Positions 1 through 10,021 of a stretch of DNA of 64,000 nt are shown here, piece after piece. How positions within the stretch are numbered: the stretch's first letter is position 1; every line of letters begins with the position of its first letter. Below the pieces are notes generated by a model. That model made no database searches and was not told the DNA's origin. It was given only the letters and a program-made list of their open reading frames with translations. The translations under genes were made by a program, and so were the position numbers. The DNA is from Spirochaetia bacterium (GTDB taxonomy: Bacteria; Spirochaetota; Spirochaetia; SP-2023), in assembly GCA_965263295.1 (NCBI GenBank), contig OZ253665.1, forward strand, positions 992,001-1,056,000, given 5' to 3'.

Positions 1-647
1 ATCCGGTGATATAACTCCTCCCGCTCTCGGTTCAAAGTAATCACCAAAGGTTGATATTGGCTTCGTATTATATTGCCAGGTTTATAAGAAGAAAAAGATA
101 TGCCTGTATCCAGGCATACTTCGCAGGCTCGCAATAAATGTTGTCGATCGTTAGGGTGAATGCGCTGCCAGCTCTCGCGATCAAGCTCACGCAATTTTTT
201 ATATAGTTCTACAGTTTCTAAAGACTTTAGATACTGACTATGTCGCCCAGTGATTTTAGGAATGGAGGGCAGACCGTATAAAAAATTTTTTAGATAAAAA
301 ACGGTACCTCCAGAGATCACAGGAATATTACCCCGCTCAATAATCTGTGGAATTAGAGCGTCACATTGACGAACAAAGTATCCCGCAGTAAACTTCTCGC
401 AGGGATCTAAAAAATCGATTAAATGATGGGGCAGATCTAGCTGTTCAATAGCTGTCGGTTTGGCACTGGCGATATTCAGGTGACGATACACTTGAATTGA
501 GTCACAATTAATAACCTCAATTCCTCGCCTGTCTGAATAGGCATTTGACTTATTTCGTAGAGCACTCTGTATCTGCTGGAGAACCTTGGTTTTGCCTACA
601 GCTGTAGGCCCGGCAATGATCGCAACTTTATACTGCTGAGAGCACAT
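1..647 (-). CDS. miaA: tRNA dimethylallyltransferase (3' end runs off the window start)
   Basis: Not in the ORF track. Manual translation from ATG 647 gives MCSQQYKVAIIAGPTAVGKTK, then INCDSIQVYRHLNIASAKPT, HHLIDFLDP, VISGGTVFY and IHPNDRQHLLRACEV, all MiaA motifs. Lies downstream of rpoZ. Confidence 0.95.
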   Translation of the reverse strand, partial: MCSQQYKVAIIAGPTAVGKTKVLQQIQSALRNKSNAYSDRRGIEVINCDSIQVYRHLNIASAKPTAIEQLDLPHHLIDFLDPCEKFTAGYFVRQCDALIPQIIERGNIPVISGGTVFYLKNFLYGLPSIPKITGRHSQYLKSLETVELYKKLRELDRESWQRIHPNDRQHLLRACEVCLDTGISFSSYKPGNIIRSQYQPLVITLNREREELYHR

Positions 648-710
648 CACTCACAAAATCTTGCCGTTGCCGGCCAGGTAATGCAACTATAAGAACTGTG
701 TCTGCAAAAT

Positions 711-914
711 TTAAGCCTGTTTGTTGCGGAACAGGACTTGCTTGCTCAGTATCTCATCCATAGACAATGATATAGGCTTACCATGGTAAGTTTCCAAGTC
801 CTCGCTGCCGGTCTTGGTCACTTGATTTGAGCGCTTGATGACGGCATTAGTGAGCTCATAAATATTATCTTGGTAGTCCAAGATTCTGGTAATTGGCATT
901 GATTTTTCTTTCAT
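711..914 (-). CDS. rpoZ: RNA polymerase omega subunit
   Basis: Short protein with NIYELTNAVIKRSNQ and KPISLSMDEI, typical of spirochaete omega; next to miaA. Start at 914 or 899. Confidence 0.8.
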   Translation of the reverse strand: MKEKSMPITRILDYQDNIYELTNAVIKRSNQVTKTGSEDLETYHGKPISLSMDEILSKQVLFRNKQA

Positions 915-1004
915 GATTGGGATTATATGAGAGCTTGTGTCGAAGTGCAAGCTAGTCCAGCCCTAGATTCCACAAGGTCAAAGGCTAATCCTCAACCGAA
1001 AAAT

Positions 1005-1655
1005 ATGACAAAGAAACAGCGAGCTCATTATATTTTAAAAGAACTGGAACAAAAATATCCCTCTGTCCCTATTCCACTAGATCATCAGGATCCTTATACT
1101 TTACTCATTGCTGTAATACTTTCAGCACAGTGTAGCGATTTGCGCGTCAATCAGGTCACCCCCGTCTTGTTTGCAAAGGCTGTTAAGCCGCAGGAAATGG
1201 TTCAGCTCAGCATAGAAGAGATTGCCGATATTATCCGCCCTTGCGGCCTGGCTCCGATGAAATCCAAAGGTATTCACGGCTTATCCCAAATACTGCTGGA
1301 AAAACACCAGGGCCAGGTGCCGCGGACTTTTACGGAGCTTGAAGCATTGCCTGCTGTAGGTCATAAGACTGCCAGTGTCGTTTTGGCCCAAGCCTTTGGC
1401 ATTCCGACCTTTCCCGTAGACACGCACATCCATCGGCTGGCTCAACGCTGGGGGCTTAGCTCAGGAAAAAATGTTATGGAAACAGAAATCAATTTGAAAT
1501 CCCTCTTTCCGCAGGAATCCTGGAATAAACTGCACCTGCAGATGATCTGGTATGGACGGACATATTGTACGGCCAGAACTTGTCATGGTTTGAGCTGTCC
1601 GATCTGTAAAGCCCTGTTCCCCAATAGAAAAAAAGCAGTAAAGTTAAAGAAATAA
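1005..1655 (+). CDS. nth: Endonuclease III (HhH-GPD glycosylase with 4Fe-4S cluster)
   Basis: LLIAVILSAQCSD, HhH motif LPAVGHKTA, VDTHIHRL, C-terminal CTARTCHGLSCPIC. Start taken at MTKKQ (1005) to avoid overlapping rpoZ. Confidence 0.95.
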   Translation: MTKKQRAHYILKELEQKYPSVPIPLDHQDPYTLLIAVILSAQCSDLRVNQVTPVLFAKAVKPQEMVQLSIEEIADIIRPCGLAPMKSKGIHGLSQILLEKHQGQVPRTFTELEALPAVGHKTASVVLAQAFGIPTFPVDTHIHRLAQRWGLSSGKNVMETEINLKSLFPQESWNKLHLQMIWYGRTYCTARTCHGLSCPICKALFPNRKKAVKLKK

Positions 1656-1755
1656 GAAGATTTTCTAAGATTTTACCTAGAGATTCCGAAAATAAGCAAA
1701 AATCTGTTCAGGTTTGATGCGGCTCTAAATAATCCGTTATCTAAATACTAATGCG

Positions 1756-2718
1756 ATGGAGTTCGTTTTGAAGTCAGCATTTAAATCGCGTATCCTGTGG
1801 CTCTTTATATTTTTCAGCATGTTTGCCGGCAAATTATTTGCCATACAGTTTACCTTGGCCTATTTTGATAAATCTGTCTACTACACTGACTCAGAAATCC
1901 GCATTAAAGCCATCTTGCACAACGATAGCAATGAGGCTTTCTTCTTCCGCACAGCGGACAACCGGGTTTTCAATCTCAAGGTAAATGTTCGTACTTTGGA
2001 TAATAGAAACTTAAAAGAATCTGCCGATTATGCGATGCTTCAAAATAGCAATCGTCCCTATTTTTACCGTGATATTTCTCTGGAGCCTGGTGAAGAATAC
2101 GCCTTTGTTTTCACATTAAATCGTTTTGTCGAAATCAAAGATCCCGGTATCTTCATCCTGGAGGCCAACTACTCCACAGATCTGACAGAGCAAAATACCA
2201 TACGATCAAACAAGTTATACCTGAACATACGTCCCCGAGTTGCAGCTCAGCCAGAATACCGTGAACGTATTGACAGTCAGACTCAAGAACTGCTCTCCCG
2301 CCAGGAGTTGGGACCGGATGAAGTGGTATCCTACACATTGCAATCCCTAATGAGTAAGTTCTGGAATCGCTACTTTTTGTATCTAGATTTGGAGTACCTC
2401 ATTCGCCAGAGCAGTTACTATTATCGCCGTTTTGTTGCTTCCAACGAACAGGAGCAACGCAAATTATTGGATAATTTTCGGCAGGCCGTGACGGATGGTG
2501 CAATTCCCGAAATCGCGGCTATGACCGATATTCCCAATAATTTTGAAATTATTCGCACAACTTATACTGAAAATGAAGCAACAGTGATTGTAGCTGAAAC
2601 TTTTCAGCGTATCGGTGGCTACAGTGATTTGCTTCGTTATACCTACCACTTGCACAAGAAAGAAAAAATCTGGTATATCTATCGTATCACTACACAGCTG
2701 GTTCGTGATGTGTCCTAG
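1756..2718 (+). CDS. Exported hypothetical protein
   Basis: 320 aa ORF with an N-terminal signal peptide, a beta-rich N-terminal half and an alpha/beta C-terminal half; no recognised motif. Confidence 0.7.
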   Translation: MEFVLKSAFKSRILWLFIFFSMFAGKLFAIQFTLAYFDKSVYYTDSEIRIKAILHNDSNEAFFFRTADNRVFNLKVNVRTLDNRNLKESADYAMLQNSNRPYFYRDISLEPGEEYAFVFTLNRFVEIKDPGIFILEANYSTDLTEQNTIRSNKLYLNIRPRVAAQPEYRERIDSQTQELLSRQELGPDEVVSYTLQSLMSKFWNRYFLYLDLEYLIRQSSYYYRRFVASNEQEQRKLLDNFRQAVTDGAIPEIAAMTDIPNNFEIIRTTYTENEATVIVAETFQRIGGYSDLLRYTYHLHKKEKIWYIYRITTQLVRDVS

Positions 2719-2835
2719 CTCACATACCAGACTTCTAGAAAACGATTGAGCTACTTCATTAAATGTGGCTTTTCATGCAATATTCAAAGCAGCAATAAAG
2801 TTGTGAGAACCACCTCAGAATATACGCTTTGGAGT

Positions 2836-2930
2836 TTGACAAAAATAATTGAATGCGGAAACTAGCAGGCGTTCAGGTAAACCTGATCCGGTGAACGGGG
2901 GTGAGTCATATAAAACTCAACCTGTCAAAA
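2836..2930 (+). promoter_or_regulatory. TTGACA -35 box followed by a structured leader upstream of the beta-barrel gene
   Basis: TTGACA at 2836-2841; stems cgttca/tgaacg, tcagg/cctga, tgagt/actca and cagg/cctg. Confidence 0.35.
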
Positions 2931-2975
2931 TAGCGCATGTATTTCTTTATATAAACGGATTAATCGAGTGACTCA

Positions 2976-3638
2976 ATGCGAATAAAATTAGCTGTCATTA
3001 TATTTTATCTATTCCTGCTGCCAGTATCTTCATTACTGGCTCAAGCTGGCAATGAAGATGATGATTTGACTCCTTACAGCAACATTAATATCGTAAGGGG
3101 AAGATACCAAGGCGATTTAGGACTGCAAGTCAACGGCTATATCTGGGCTCCTTTATTTAACATTGATCCCCAATCCGGCATCCAAAGCACAAATCTGGGT
3201 GTGGGTGGCGGTGCCGATTTGGCCGTGGCCTATTACCTGACGGCTAATTTAGGTCTGGGAGGCTTTCTGGACTTAGGTATTTCGTCACCCGCGAACCAGG
3301 ACAACACCCAGAATTATTTTCTCGCATTTGTTTTGGGACCGAGAATCTCCTATGACATTAATATTTATACCCTAAAGTACTCGTCTCACCCGCTGTTTAC
3401 CTTTCCGCTCGGCTTCGGGGCAGGAATATCAGCGGCCAAATTTGGCGATATTACAAATATAATTCCCGTCTTTAAATTCGATGCCGGTGTCTATATTAAC
3501 CCGTTTGATCAGCCAGAATGGTCTTTGGGTCTTAGTCTACACTATTGGTTTGCGCCGGAATTTACCAAAGCAGAGTTGTCGCGCATTGGCAATTATCTGA
3601 TGATTGGCTTGGGATTTAACTTCCATTCTGGCCTGTAA
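2976..3638 (+). CDS. Outer membrane beta-barrel protein (OmpW/TP0733-like)
   Basis: Signal peptide; ~200 aa mature chain of amphipathic Gly/aromatic-rich strands; terminal strand YLMIGLGFNF. Confidence 0.7.
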   Translation: MRIKLAVIIFYLFLLPVSSLLAQAGNEDDDLTPYSNINIVRGRYQGDLGLQVNGYIWAPLFNIDPQSGIQSTNLGVGGGADLAVAYYLTANLGLGGFLDLGISSPANQDNTQNYFLAFVLGPRISYDINIYTLKYSSHPLFTFPLGFGAGISAAKFGDITNIIPVFKFDAGVYINPFDQPEWSLGLSLHYWFAPEFTKAELSRIGNYLMIGLGFNFHSGL

Positions 3639-3714
3639 ACCGCTGAACCCATCGGGTTTTTAGGTAATTTGGGGTAATGTTGGATACTGTTGGGAAATAT
3701 CTAGGAAAGAACTC

Positions 3715-4893
3715 ATGATGATTCGAAACGCCATCGCGAATATGTTGAATATGCTGAACGTCAAAAGGTTTTTAGCCCAAAGGTTTGTAGCTCAATGGGC
3801 GCCAGGCTTTCTACTATTCGGCCTCGCTATTGGGACGATGTTGCCAGTGGCCTGTTCAGATGCCGGCATCCTGGATGCCATTGAGGATGCCGAAGAGCTT
3901 TCGGACGGCAACTTGAACAATCACATCTTTGTCCACAGCATTGTCCAAATTGGTGAGACCGTTTATCTCGGCAGCAAATATGTCTGGGAAAAGACTGCTA
4001 GCGAAGGGAACTGGACAAAGACCGGCCTGCCCTCCGGCCTGGATCCCGACAAGACTCCTGTCGTTAGTATCGCCACTGATGGTGAGAAGTTGTTTGTCGC
4101 CAGTCGTGAAAAAGTCTATGTTCGCGATAATACAAACAGTTGGTCCGACCCTGCCTGGCTCGGCGGGAATCTGGCCTGGTATGCCCTGCGTGGCTCGTCT
4201 AATGTTGGCAAGCAGCCGGGCGGCGAAGTGCTGGCCGCCGGTGAAGATAAAAACATCTATCAATATTCAAGTTCTTCCTGGCAGCCCATCCCTGCGAATA
4301 CACCAATGAATGACTTTGTTCAAGTAGAGTTAAGTCCCGGTGATAAGCAATATTATTTAGCTGCGGGAAGCATATTAAAAGCGGGTAAAAGTTTATATAA
4401 ACTTTTACCTATGACTCCCCCCTTACCGATTGAGAGCTCGCAATCAATCACCGACTTACTAGAACTGGACGTCAACGGTCAAAAACAGTTAGCCGTATTG
4501 ACTAATGATGGTGAGCTGTATATATATGAAAATAGTAGTTGGGATGATAAGAGCTCGGGTGGAAAAAATAATATTAGCTTGTGTCAGGTTGATGATAAAC
4601 TCCTAGTTGGGCGTGTGGGGGAGCGTCATCGGGGAGGGGGCTACCAGATTTATGACGTGCAAGACAGGAGCTGGAAACAGCCGTCAAAGACGGATGACTT
4701 CACTGATATGGATAGCCTAGTTACTTTGTCTAGCGGACGCTCGATTATGAATTCAAAACTGCATATTATTTTCTTTTATGATGATCCTAATGGCGACGAC
4801 AGCCGAGACCGCATATATGCCGCGACACAGGGTAGTCGTGGTGTGTTTGGCGCCCGGCGCAAAGCTGGGCGCTGGTCCTGGGGCTTGGAATAA
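3715..4893 (+). CDS. Lipoprotein, probable beta-propeller
   Basis: Lipobox-like LPVAC, then repeated short strands ending in Trp (GNWT, NSWS, SSWQ, SSWD, RSWK); downstream of the barrel gene. Start uncertain. Confidence 0.65.
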   Translation: MMIRNAIANMLNMLNVKRFLAQRFVAQWAPGFLLFGLAIGTMLPVACSDAGILDAIEDAEELSDGNLNNHIFVHSIVQIGETVYLGSKYVWEKTASEGNWTKTGLPSGLDPDKTPVVSIATDGEKLFVASREKVYVRDNTNSWSDPAWLGGNLAWYALRGSSNVGKQPGGEVLAAGEDKNIYQYSSSSWQPIPANTPMNDFVQVELSPGDKQYYLAAGSILKAGKSLYKLLPMTPPLPIESSQSITDLLELDVNGQKQLAVLTNDGELYIYENSSWDDKSSGGKNNISLCQVDDKLLVGRVGERHRGGGYQIYDVQDRSWKQPSKTDDFTDMDSLVTLSSGRSIMNSKLHIIFFYDDPNGDDSRDRIYAATQGSRGVFGARRKAGRWSWGLE

Positions 4894-4975
4894 GCACCGG
4901 CTTAACCGCTAAAACAACGACGAGGTAGTAAGGATAGGGCCATTTGCCCGGCGCAAAATGCGCATAAGACGACGC

Positions 4976-6409
4976 ATGGAAAGTTTTTTACATATTTTGC
5001 TCGGGCTCCTGGGGCTGTCATTTATTATATTAATTCATGAACTGGGGCACTTTGCCGCAGCAAAATGTTGTAAAGTTCACGTGGAAAGGCTCTGCCTTTT
5101 TCTGGGGAAACCGTTACTCAGCTGGAAGTGGGGGCATACCGAATTTGCAATAGCCTGGCTTCCGTTAGGCGGCTACTGCAAAATGAAAGGCGAAGGCTTG
5201 CCTTTGCAAGGACTAGAAAATAGTGGCGGCAACCTGGGGCAAGTGGATCAGACCTCGTTGGCCGGGCAAGCTCTCGTTGAAGGCGCAAAGAGTTTTGCCG
5301 CTGCCAGTCCCCTGCAAAAGATTTTTATTGCCGCTGCCGGGCCCTTGATAAATATTTTATTTGCGTTTTTCGTGTTCTTCTCATTCCAATTGGGCGGCTA
5401 TCCCGAATCGCGCCAAAGCCAACGCATAGTCATGCCTAATACGACAACAATAAGTCGCAGCCAGCTGCCCCAAAGCCCCAGCCCAGCCGAACAAGCCGAA
5501 TTACGTTCGGGAGATATAATTATCCGCTTGGGCAAGCAACACATTGAGAGTTTTTCAGACTTGCAAATGGCTGTTGCCCTAAATGCCGGCGTCGAGCTCG
5601 AATTAGATTATCTGCGCCAAGGGCAAGTCCGCCATACGATTATCAAACCGGCAGCCACTACCGAAGGCCGAGGCTGGATTGGCGTGCTACCATGGCGCGA
5701 CTTGGAACTCCAATCTCCAATAGACATCGGCGCAGCTGGCGCTGAGGGAAAAGGACCTAGTTTACAGCCCGGCATGCGTTTGATCAGTGTCAACGCAGAG
5801 CCGGTGGCCCATTGGTATCAGCTGCTAGAACTGCTGGGCAAACCAGTCATCGCGCAGCAATCGCAACAAGTATTGCCCACGGAATGGCTCGGTCCAGCTG
5901 GCGGAACACAGCAATTAGGAATGACGGTGGAGCAATTGAAGAATTTGAATTTTACGTTCGCCCATCCCACCTGGACGCGCAGCCCAAGTCTTTGGCATGC
6001 CGCAAAGCAGTCTGTAAAAAAGTTACAAAATCTGGTATATATGCAGTTCAAGGGCTTGTTCCAGCTGCTGCGTGGGCGCTTAAAGCTCAAGGACAATTTA
6101 GCGGGCCCAATCCAGATTTCAGATCAGATTGGCCAAGTTATGCTCAGCGCCGGTAACAGCGCGGCGGAACGGTGGTACACTACATGGCAGTTTTTAAGTT
6201 TTATCAGTTTTGCGATTGCGCTAGCTAACTTACTCCCTATAGGTGTTTTAGATGGCGGCCAGATCCTGCTTTACAGCATTGAGCTCTCAATGCGACGCAG
6301 CTTGCCCAGCAAGCTGATTCATGTTTACCAGGCGCTGGGCAGTATTCTGGTCATCAGCCTGATGGTCTTCACCCTTGGCTTTGAGCTGCTGCATTACCTT
6401 AGGCTCTGA
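4976..6409 (+). CDS. rseP: Site-2 membrane zinc metalloprotease RseP
   Basis: HELGH zinc motif, LPLGGYCKM, AAGPLIN, PDZ region, NLLPIGVLDGG. Confidence 0.95.
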   Translation: MESFLHILLGLLGLSFIILIHELGHFAAAKCCKVHVERLCLFLGKPLLSWKWGHTEFAIAWLPLGGYCKMKGEGLPLQGLENSGGNLGQVDQTSLAGQALVEGAKSFAAASPLQKIFIAAAGPLINILFAFFVFFSFQLGGYPESRQSQRIVMPNTTTISRSQLPQSPSPAEQAELRSGDIIIRLGKQHIESFSDLQMAVALNAGVELELDYLRQGQVRHTIIKPAATTEGRGWIGVLPWRDLELQSPIDIGAAGAEGKGPSLQPGMRLISVNAEPVAHWYQLLELLGKPVIAQQSQQVLPTEWLGPAGGTQQLGMTVEQLKNLNFTFAHPTWTRSPSLWHAAKQSVKKLQNLVYMQFKGLFQLLRGRLKLKDNLAGPIQISDQIGQVMLSAGNSAAERWYTTWQFLSFISFAIALANLLPIGVLDGGQILLYSIELSMRRSLPSKLIHVYQALGSILVISLMVFTLGFELLHYLRL

Positions 6410-6475
6410 TCTCAAATATAGTGCCTGAGACAGATCTGCCAAACTGTTTCTCAACCCAGATAAGATTATAAGGAA

Positions 6476-7717
6476 TTACAAGGTTAAATAATCTAGCGCC
6501 TTAAGCAATTGCTCAAAGCCTTGCCTTTTGCGACTGACTGTCAGACGGCCGTCCACCTCTACTACCGCTTCACCGGCAGCTGAACGCAAATTGTAGAGCG
6601 AATGCATTGAGGCACCGTAGGCCCCGGCTGTCAGCAAGGCGATAATATCTCCGCACTGCGCTTGAGCAATCTCTACTTCTTCCACCAGAATGTCCGAAGA
6701 TTCACAAATATTGCCGACGATCCGGACGGTTTGGCGCCCGCGGCCTGCGGCCTCGCCTGTCAAATTAATGGCGTGATGGTAAGCGCCATAAAAGGCCGGA
6801 CGAATCAAGTGATTAAAGCCTGTGTCCGTACCGACAAAAGTGCAGGTCTCGCTCGGATTAATAACTGTTATCTGACAGAGCAGCACTGTCGATTCTGCCA
6901 CCAGGAACTTGCCAGGTTCGAGACGCAGCTCAAGTGGCTGTTGCGTGCGATCTTGGTATTGCTGGCGAGCCGGCGCAATCGCGCGGGCAAAACTGCGTAA
7001 ATCCAGGCCTTCTTGACCTGGCAAGTAACGCACACCGAAGCCGCCGCCACAGTCGATAAACTGTAGTACCTCAAAATTTTCAGCCACTTGCAGCATAGAG
7101 CGGACCGCCGTTTCAAATTCAGCCGTCTGGTAAAAGCCGGAGCCAATATGACAGTGCAGGCCCACCAGCTGGAGCTGATAACGCCCTAAGAGCTGCTTTA
7201 TTTCGTCCAGGTCGCTCAATGCAATGCCGAACTTGGAGTCCTTGCCGCCAGTTACGGTGCCCTTGAACTCACCAGCCCCGACACAGGGCTTGAGCCGAAT
7301 CGCCACCGGAGCTCCCGGCTGGAGTTCCCCCAATTGTTCCAGCTCCATCAGGGAGCCTATATTACACAACACGCCCAATTCCAGAACCTGAGAGAGCTCC
7401 TCGCGACTGGAGTAGTTGCCTGTAAAAATAATTTGATCACGGTTAAAACCACAGCGCATAGCCATTAAAATTTCTTGCAGGGACACCGTGTCGACACCAT
7501 CAAGGCCAGCAAGCCGCAAGGCTTTTAACAAATCGGGATTGTAATTGGCTTTCATGGCATAAAAAATGCGACTATTCTCCGCAAAACCCCGCCTCATGGT
7601 TTCCAAGCGCTGCAATACGGTAGCGATGTCCGTGAGGTAGGCCGGGCTGCCAGCTTGGTCAATAGTCTGTTGTGCCTGTTCCAGGCTGGGAATAAATAAA
7701 TCGTTTTGCTTTTTCAT
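6476..7717 (-). CDS. lysA: Diaminopimelate decarboxylase
   Basis: YAMKAN PLP lysine, SKFGI, HCHIGS, DCGGGFG, EPGKFLV, GNICESSD, GAYGASM. Confidence 0.93.
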   Translation of the reverse strand: MKKQNDLFIPSLEQAQQTIDQAGSPAYLTDIATVLQRLETMRRGFAENSRIFYAMKANYNPDLLKALRLAGLDGVDTVSLQEILMAMRCGFNRDQIIFTGNYSSREELSQVLELGVLCNIGSLMELEQLGELQPGAPVAIRLKPCVGAGEFKGTVTGGKDSKFGIALSDLDEIKQLLGRYQLQLVGLHCHIGSGFYQTAEFETAVRSMLQVAENFEVLQFIDCGGGFGVRYLPGQEGLDLRSFARAIAPARQQYQDRTQQPLELRLEPGKFLVAESTVLLCQITVINPSETCTFVGTDTGFNHLIRPAFYGAYHHAINLTGEAAGRGRQTVRIVGNICESSDILVEEVEIAQAQCGDIIALLTAGAYGASMHSLYNLRSAAGEAVVEVDGRLTVSRKRQGFEQLLKALDYLTL

Positions 7718-7738
7718 GCGTTTCCTTTCTGTAATTTT

Positions 7739-9046
7739 CTATGAAAAAATCTCATAAATTTCTTGTACTTTAGGTGAGTGGCTACCTATTTTAATCGAAT
7801 TGACGACTCTTTTTTGAGCTTCTATAAAAGATTCTTCATCTTTTGCATGTACTATGGCTACAACGCTTTTTGTATCAACTTTTGTGCCTAATGCAATCAC
7901 ATTTTCTAAACCGACGCTGTGATCTACAATATCTGCAGGCCGGATCCTACCTCCACCTAGACTGACAACGCAATATCCAAGCCCAATGGTATCAATTGAT
8001 TCAATAATACCTTCACACGATGCATATACAGGTCGAATGACATTTGCTTTTTGTAAATAAGTCTCATATTTTTCACAAAAATCTTTAGGACCACCTAAAG
8101 AACTAAGCATTTGGGCAAATGCTTCCAAAGCTTTGCCGCTACTTAAAACATCTTCTAGTTTTTCCTTGGCTTCTACTTCATTTGATGCCAGCTTTGCATT
8201 AATCAGAGCTTGAGAACAAAGTTGTATATTAACCCTATGAAGTCTTGGATTCTTTATTTTATTTTGTAAATATTCAATAGCTTCTTTAATTTCCAGAGCA
8301 TTGCCGGCATTATATGCTAAACATTGATTCATGTCGGTTAGAATGGCGGTGGTGTTTACGCCGGCATTGTTGGCAATTGCAACAATTGATTTTGCCAACT
8401 CAATGGACTTCTCGTGGCTGGGCATAAACGAGCCATTTCCCACCTTGACATCCATTATTAGGGTGTCTAAGCCTTCTGCTAATTTTTTAGAAAGAATTGA
8501 GGCACTTATCATGGGTATACTCTCGACAGTTGCCGTAACATCTCTAATGGAATAAATTCTCTTGTCCGCTGGGGCCAAGGTGTGTGTTTGGCCAATAATC
8601 GCAACCCCACAATTTTTTACCGTATCTTTAAAGAGTTTATTATCCGGAAAAGTATTATAGTTGGGAATTGATTCCAATTTATCCAAAGTCCCCCCAGTAT
8701 GACCTAAGCCCCTTCCAGAAATCATTGGGACATAAGCGCCACAAGCGCTGAGCATTGGGCCTAACATTAAAGATACGACATCACCGACCCCACCTGTTGA
8801 ATGTTTATCCACAATCGGACCATTCAAATCCCACTTTAAGGTGTCACCTGAGTTTTTCATGGCCAATGTTAAATGCGTTTTTTCTTCCAAATTCATTCCA
8901 TTAAAAAATACAGCCATTGCAAGGGCGCTAATTTGTTCATTGGTGACAGAAGCATCCATGACGCCATTAATAAAGGCTTGAATTTCTTCTTTACTTAAAG
9001 GATTATTATCTCTTTTTTTTCTGATAAATTCTTGTGGCAAAAACAT
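7739..9046 (-). CDS. deoA: Thymidine phosphorylase
   Basis: Start MFLPQEFIRKKRD with an AGGAGA RBS; DKHSTGGVGD, SGRGLGHTGGTLDKLESIP, RDVTATV, SILSKKLAEG. Confidence 0.95.
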   Translation of the reverse strand: MFLPQEFIRKKRDNNPLSKEEIQAFINGVMDASVTNEQISALAMAVFFNGMNLEEKTHLTLAMKNSGDTLKWDLNGPIVDKHSTGGVGDVVSLMLGPMLSACGAYVPMISGRGLGHTGGTLDKLESIPNYNTFPDNKLFKDTVKNCGVAIIGQTHTLAPADKRIYSIRDVTATVESIPMISASILSKKLAEGLDTLIMDVKVGNGSFMPSHEKSIELAKSIVAIANNAGVNTTAILTDMNQCLAYNAGNALEIKEAIEYLQNKIKNPRLHRVNIQLCSQALINAKLASNEVEAKEKLEDVLSSGKALEAFAQMLSSLGGPKDFCEKYETYLQKANVIRPVYASCEGIIESIDTIGLGYCVVSLGGGRIRPADIVDHSVGLENVIALGTKVDTKSVVAIVHAKDEESFIEAQKRVVNSIKIGSHSPKVQEIYEIFS

Positions 9047-9065
9047 TTTGTAAGTCTCCTCTCTT

Positions 9066-9422
9066 TTAAATAAATAAACTGGCAATCGCTGCACTCATAA
9101 GGTTGGACAATGTCCCCCCAAGCACGGCAATGATACCAAATCTTGCAATTTCTCCGCTTCTTTTAGGAATTAAAGCCCCTAGCCCTCCGAGCAAAATGCC
9201 AATTGAGCTTAAATTGGCAAAACCGCAAAGCGCAAAACTCAAGATACCTATTGTCTTATCGGATAAGGGAAGCATTCCACTTTCGGCAACATTTACAGGA
9301 AAATATTTTACTAATTCACTATAGGCAAGAAATTCGTTAAGCATAATTTTTGTCCTTAAAATTTCCCCGGCAACTGTTGCTTCTCGCCAGGGAACACCAA
9401 TCAACCATGCGACGGGCGCTAA
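9066..9422 (-). pseudogene. nupC: C-terminal fragment of a NupC/CNT-family nucleoside:cation symporter
   Basis: LAPVAWLIGVPW, NEFLAY, SFALCGFANLSSIGI and GGTLSNLMSAAIA match the CNT C-terminus. Similarity stops near 9422 and an in-frame TAG lies about 50 nt further upstream; about 118 aa remain of a ~400 aa family. Confidence 0.85.
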
Positions 9423-9541
9423 CCGGCGTGCACAAGGCGGGAGAGGCGACCTGAACGAGTCGCCTTTCTAGGCCAGAAAGGCTAAAAGAAAGTGCCGCTA
9501 GGCCGAGAAAAATCATGATCTGCCACAATCTGCCAAGATTT

Positions 9542-10021
9542 TTAGATTTGCCGAAGGTGTAGAATTTGTTGATACACCTGTGCTGCCACCGGCATCACGG
9601 AGAGGCGATTGCCTTTACGCACCAGGGGGAATTCTTTGGCAAACTCGTCTGGCGAAAATTGTTGTTTGAGTTGTTGCAAGGTCACCGGCTTGTGCCACTT
9701 TTCGACAAAGGCTACGCTGACGGTATCCCAGCGCGGGGTTTCCGGCCGGGATTTCGGGTCAAAGTATTTGTTGTTGGGGTCAAATTGCGTGGGGTCGACT
9801 ACGCGCTCGCGCACGATTTTGAGCAAGCCGTATATTCCGGGAACTTTGCAATTGGAATGGTAAAAGAGGCCCAATTCACCTGATTTCATTGTGCGCAAGT
9901 AGTTTCTTGCCTGGTAGTTGCGCACCCCATCCCAAATTTCTTCACCATTTTCGCGCGTGTTGCGCTCTAAATTTTCAATACCGAATACTGAAGGCTCTGA
10001 TTTAAGTAACCAATAATTCAT
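9542..10021 (-). CDS. EVE domain-containing protein
   Basis: MNYWLLKSEP, WDGVRNYQARN, FYHSNC and RLSVMPV are EVE family motifs. Confidence 0.92.
   Translation of the reverse strand: MNYWLLKSEPSVFGIENLERNTRENGEEIWDGVRNYQARNYLRTMKSGELGLFYHSNCKVPGIYGLLKIVRERVVDPTQFDPNNKYFDPKSRPETPRWDTVSVAFVEKWHKPVTLQQLKQQFSPDEFAKEFPLVRKGNRLSVMPVAAQVYQQILHLRQI

Noticed and set aside
9542..10021. EVE protein as part of a modification-dependent restriction system
   Set aside because: Stand-alone EVE with no nuclease fusion and no adjacent defence genes.
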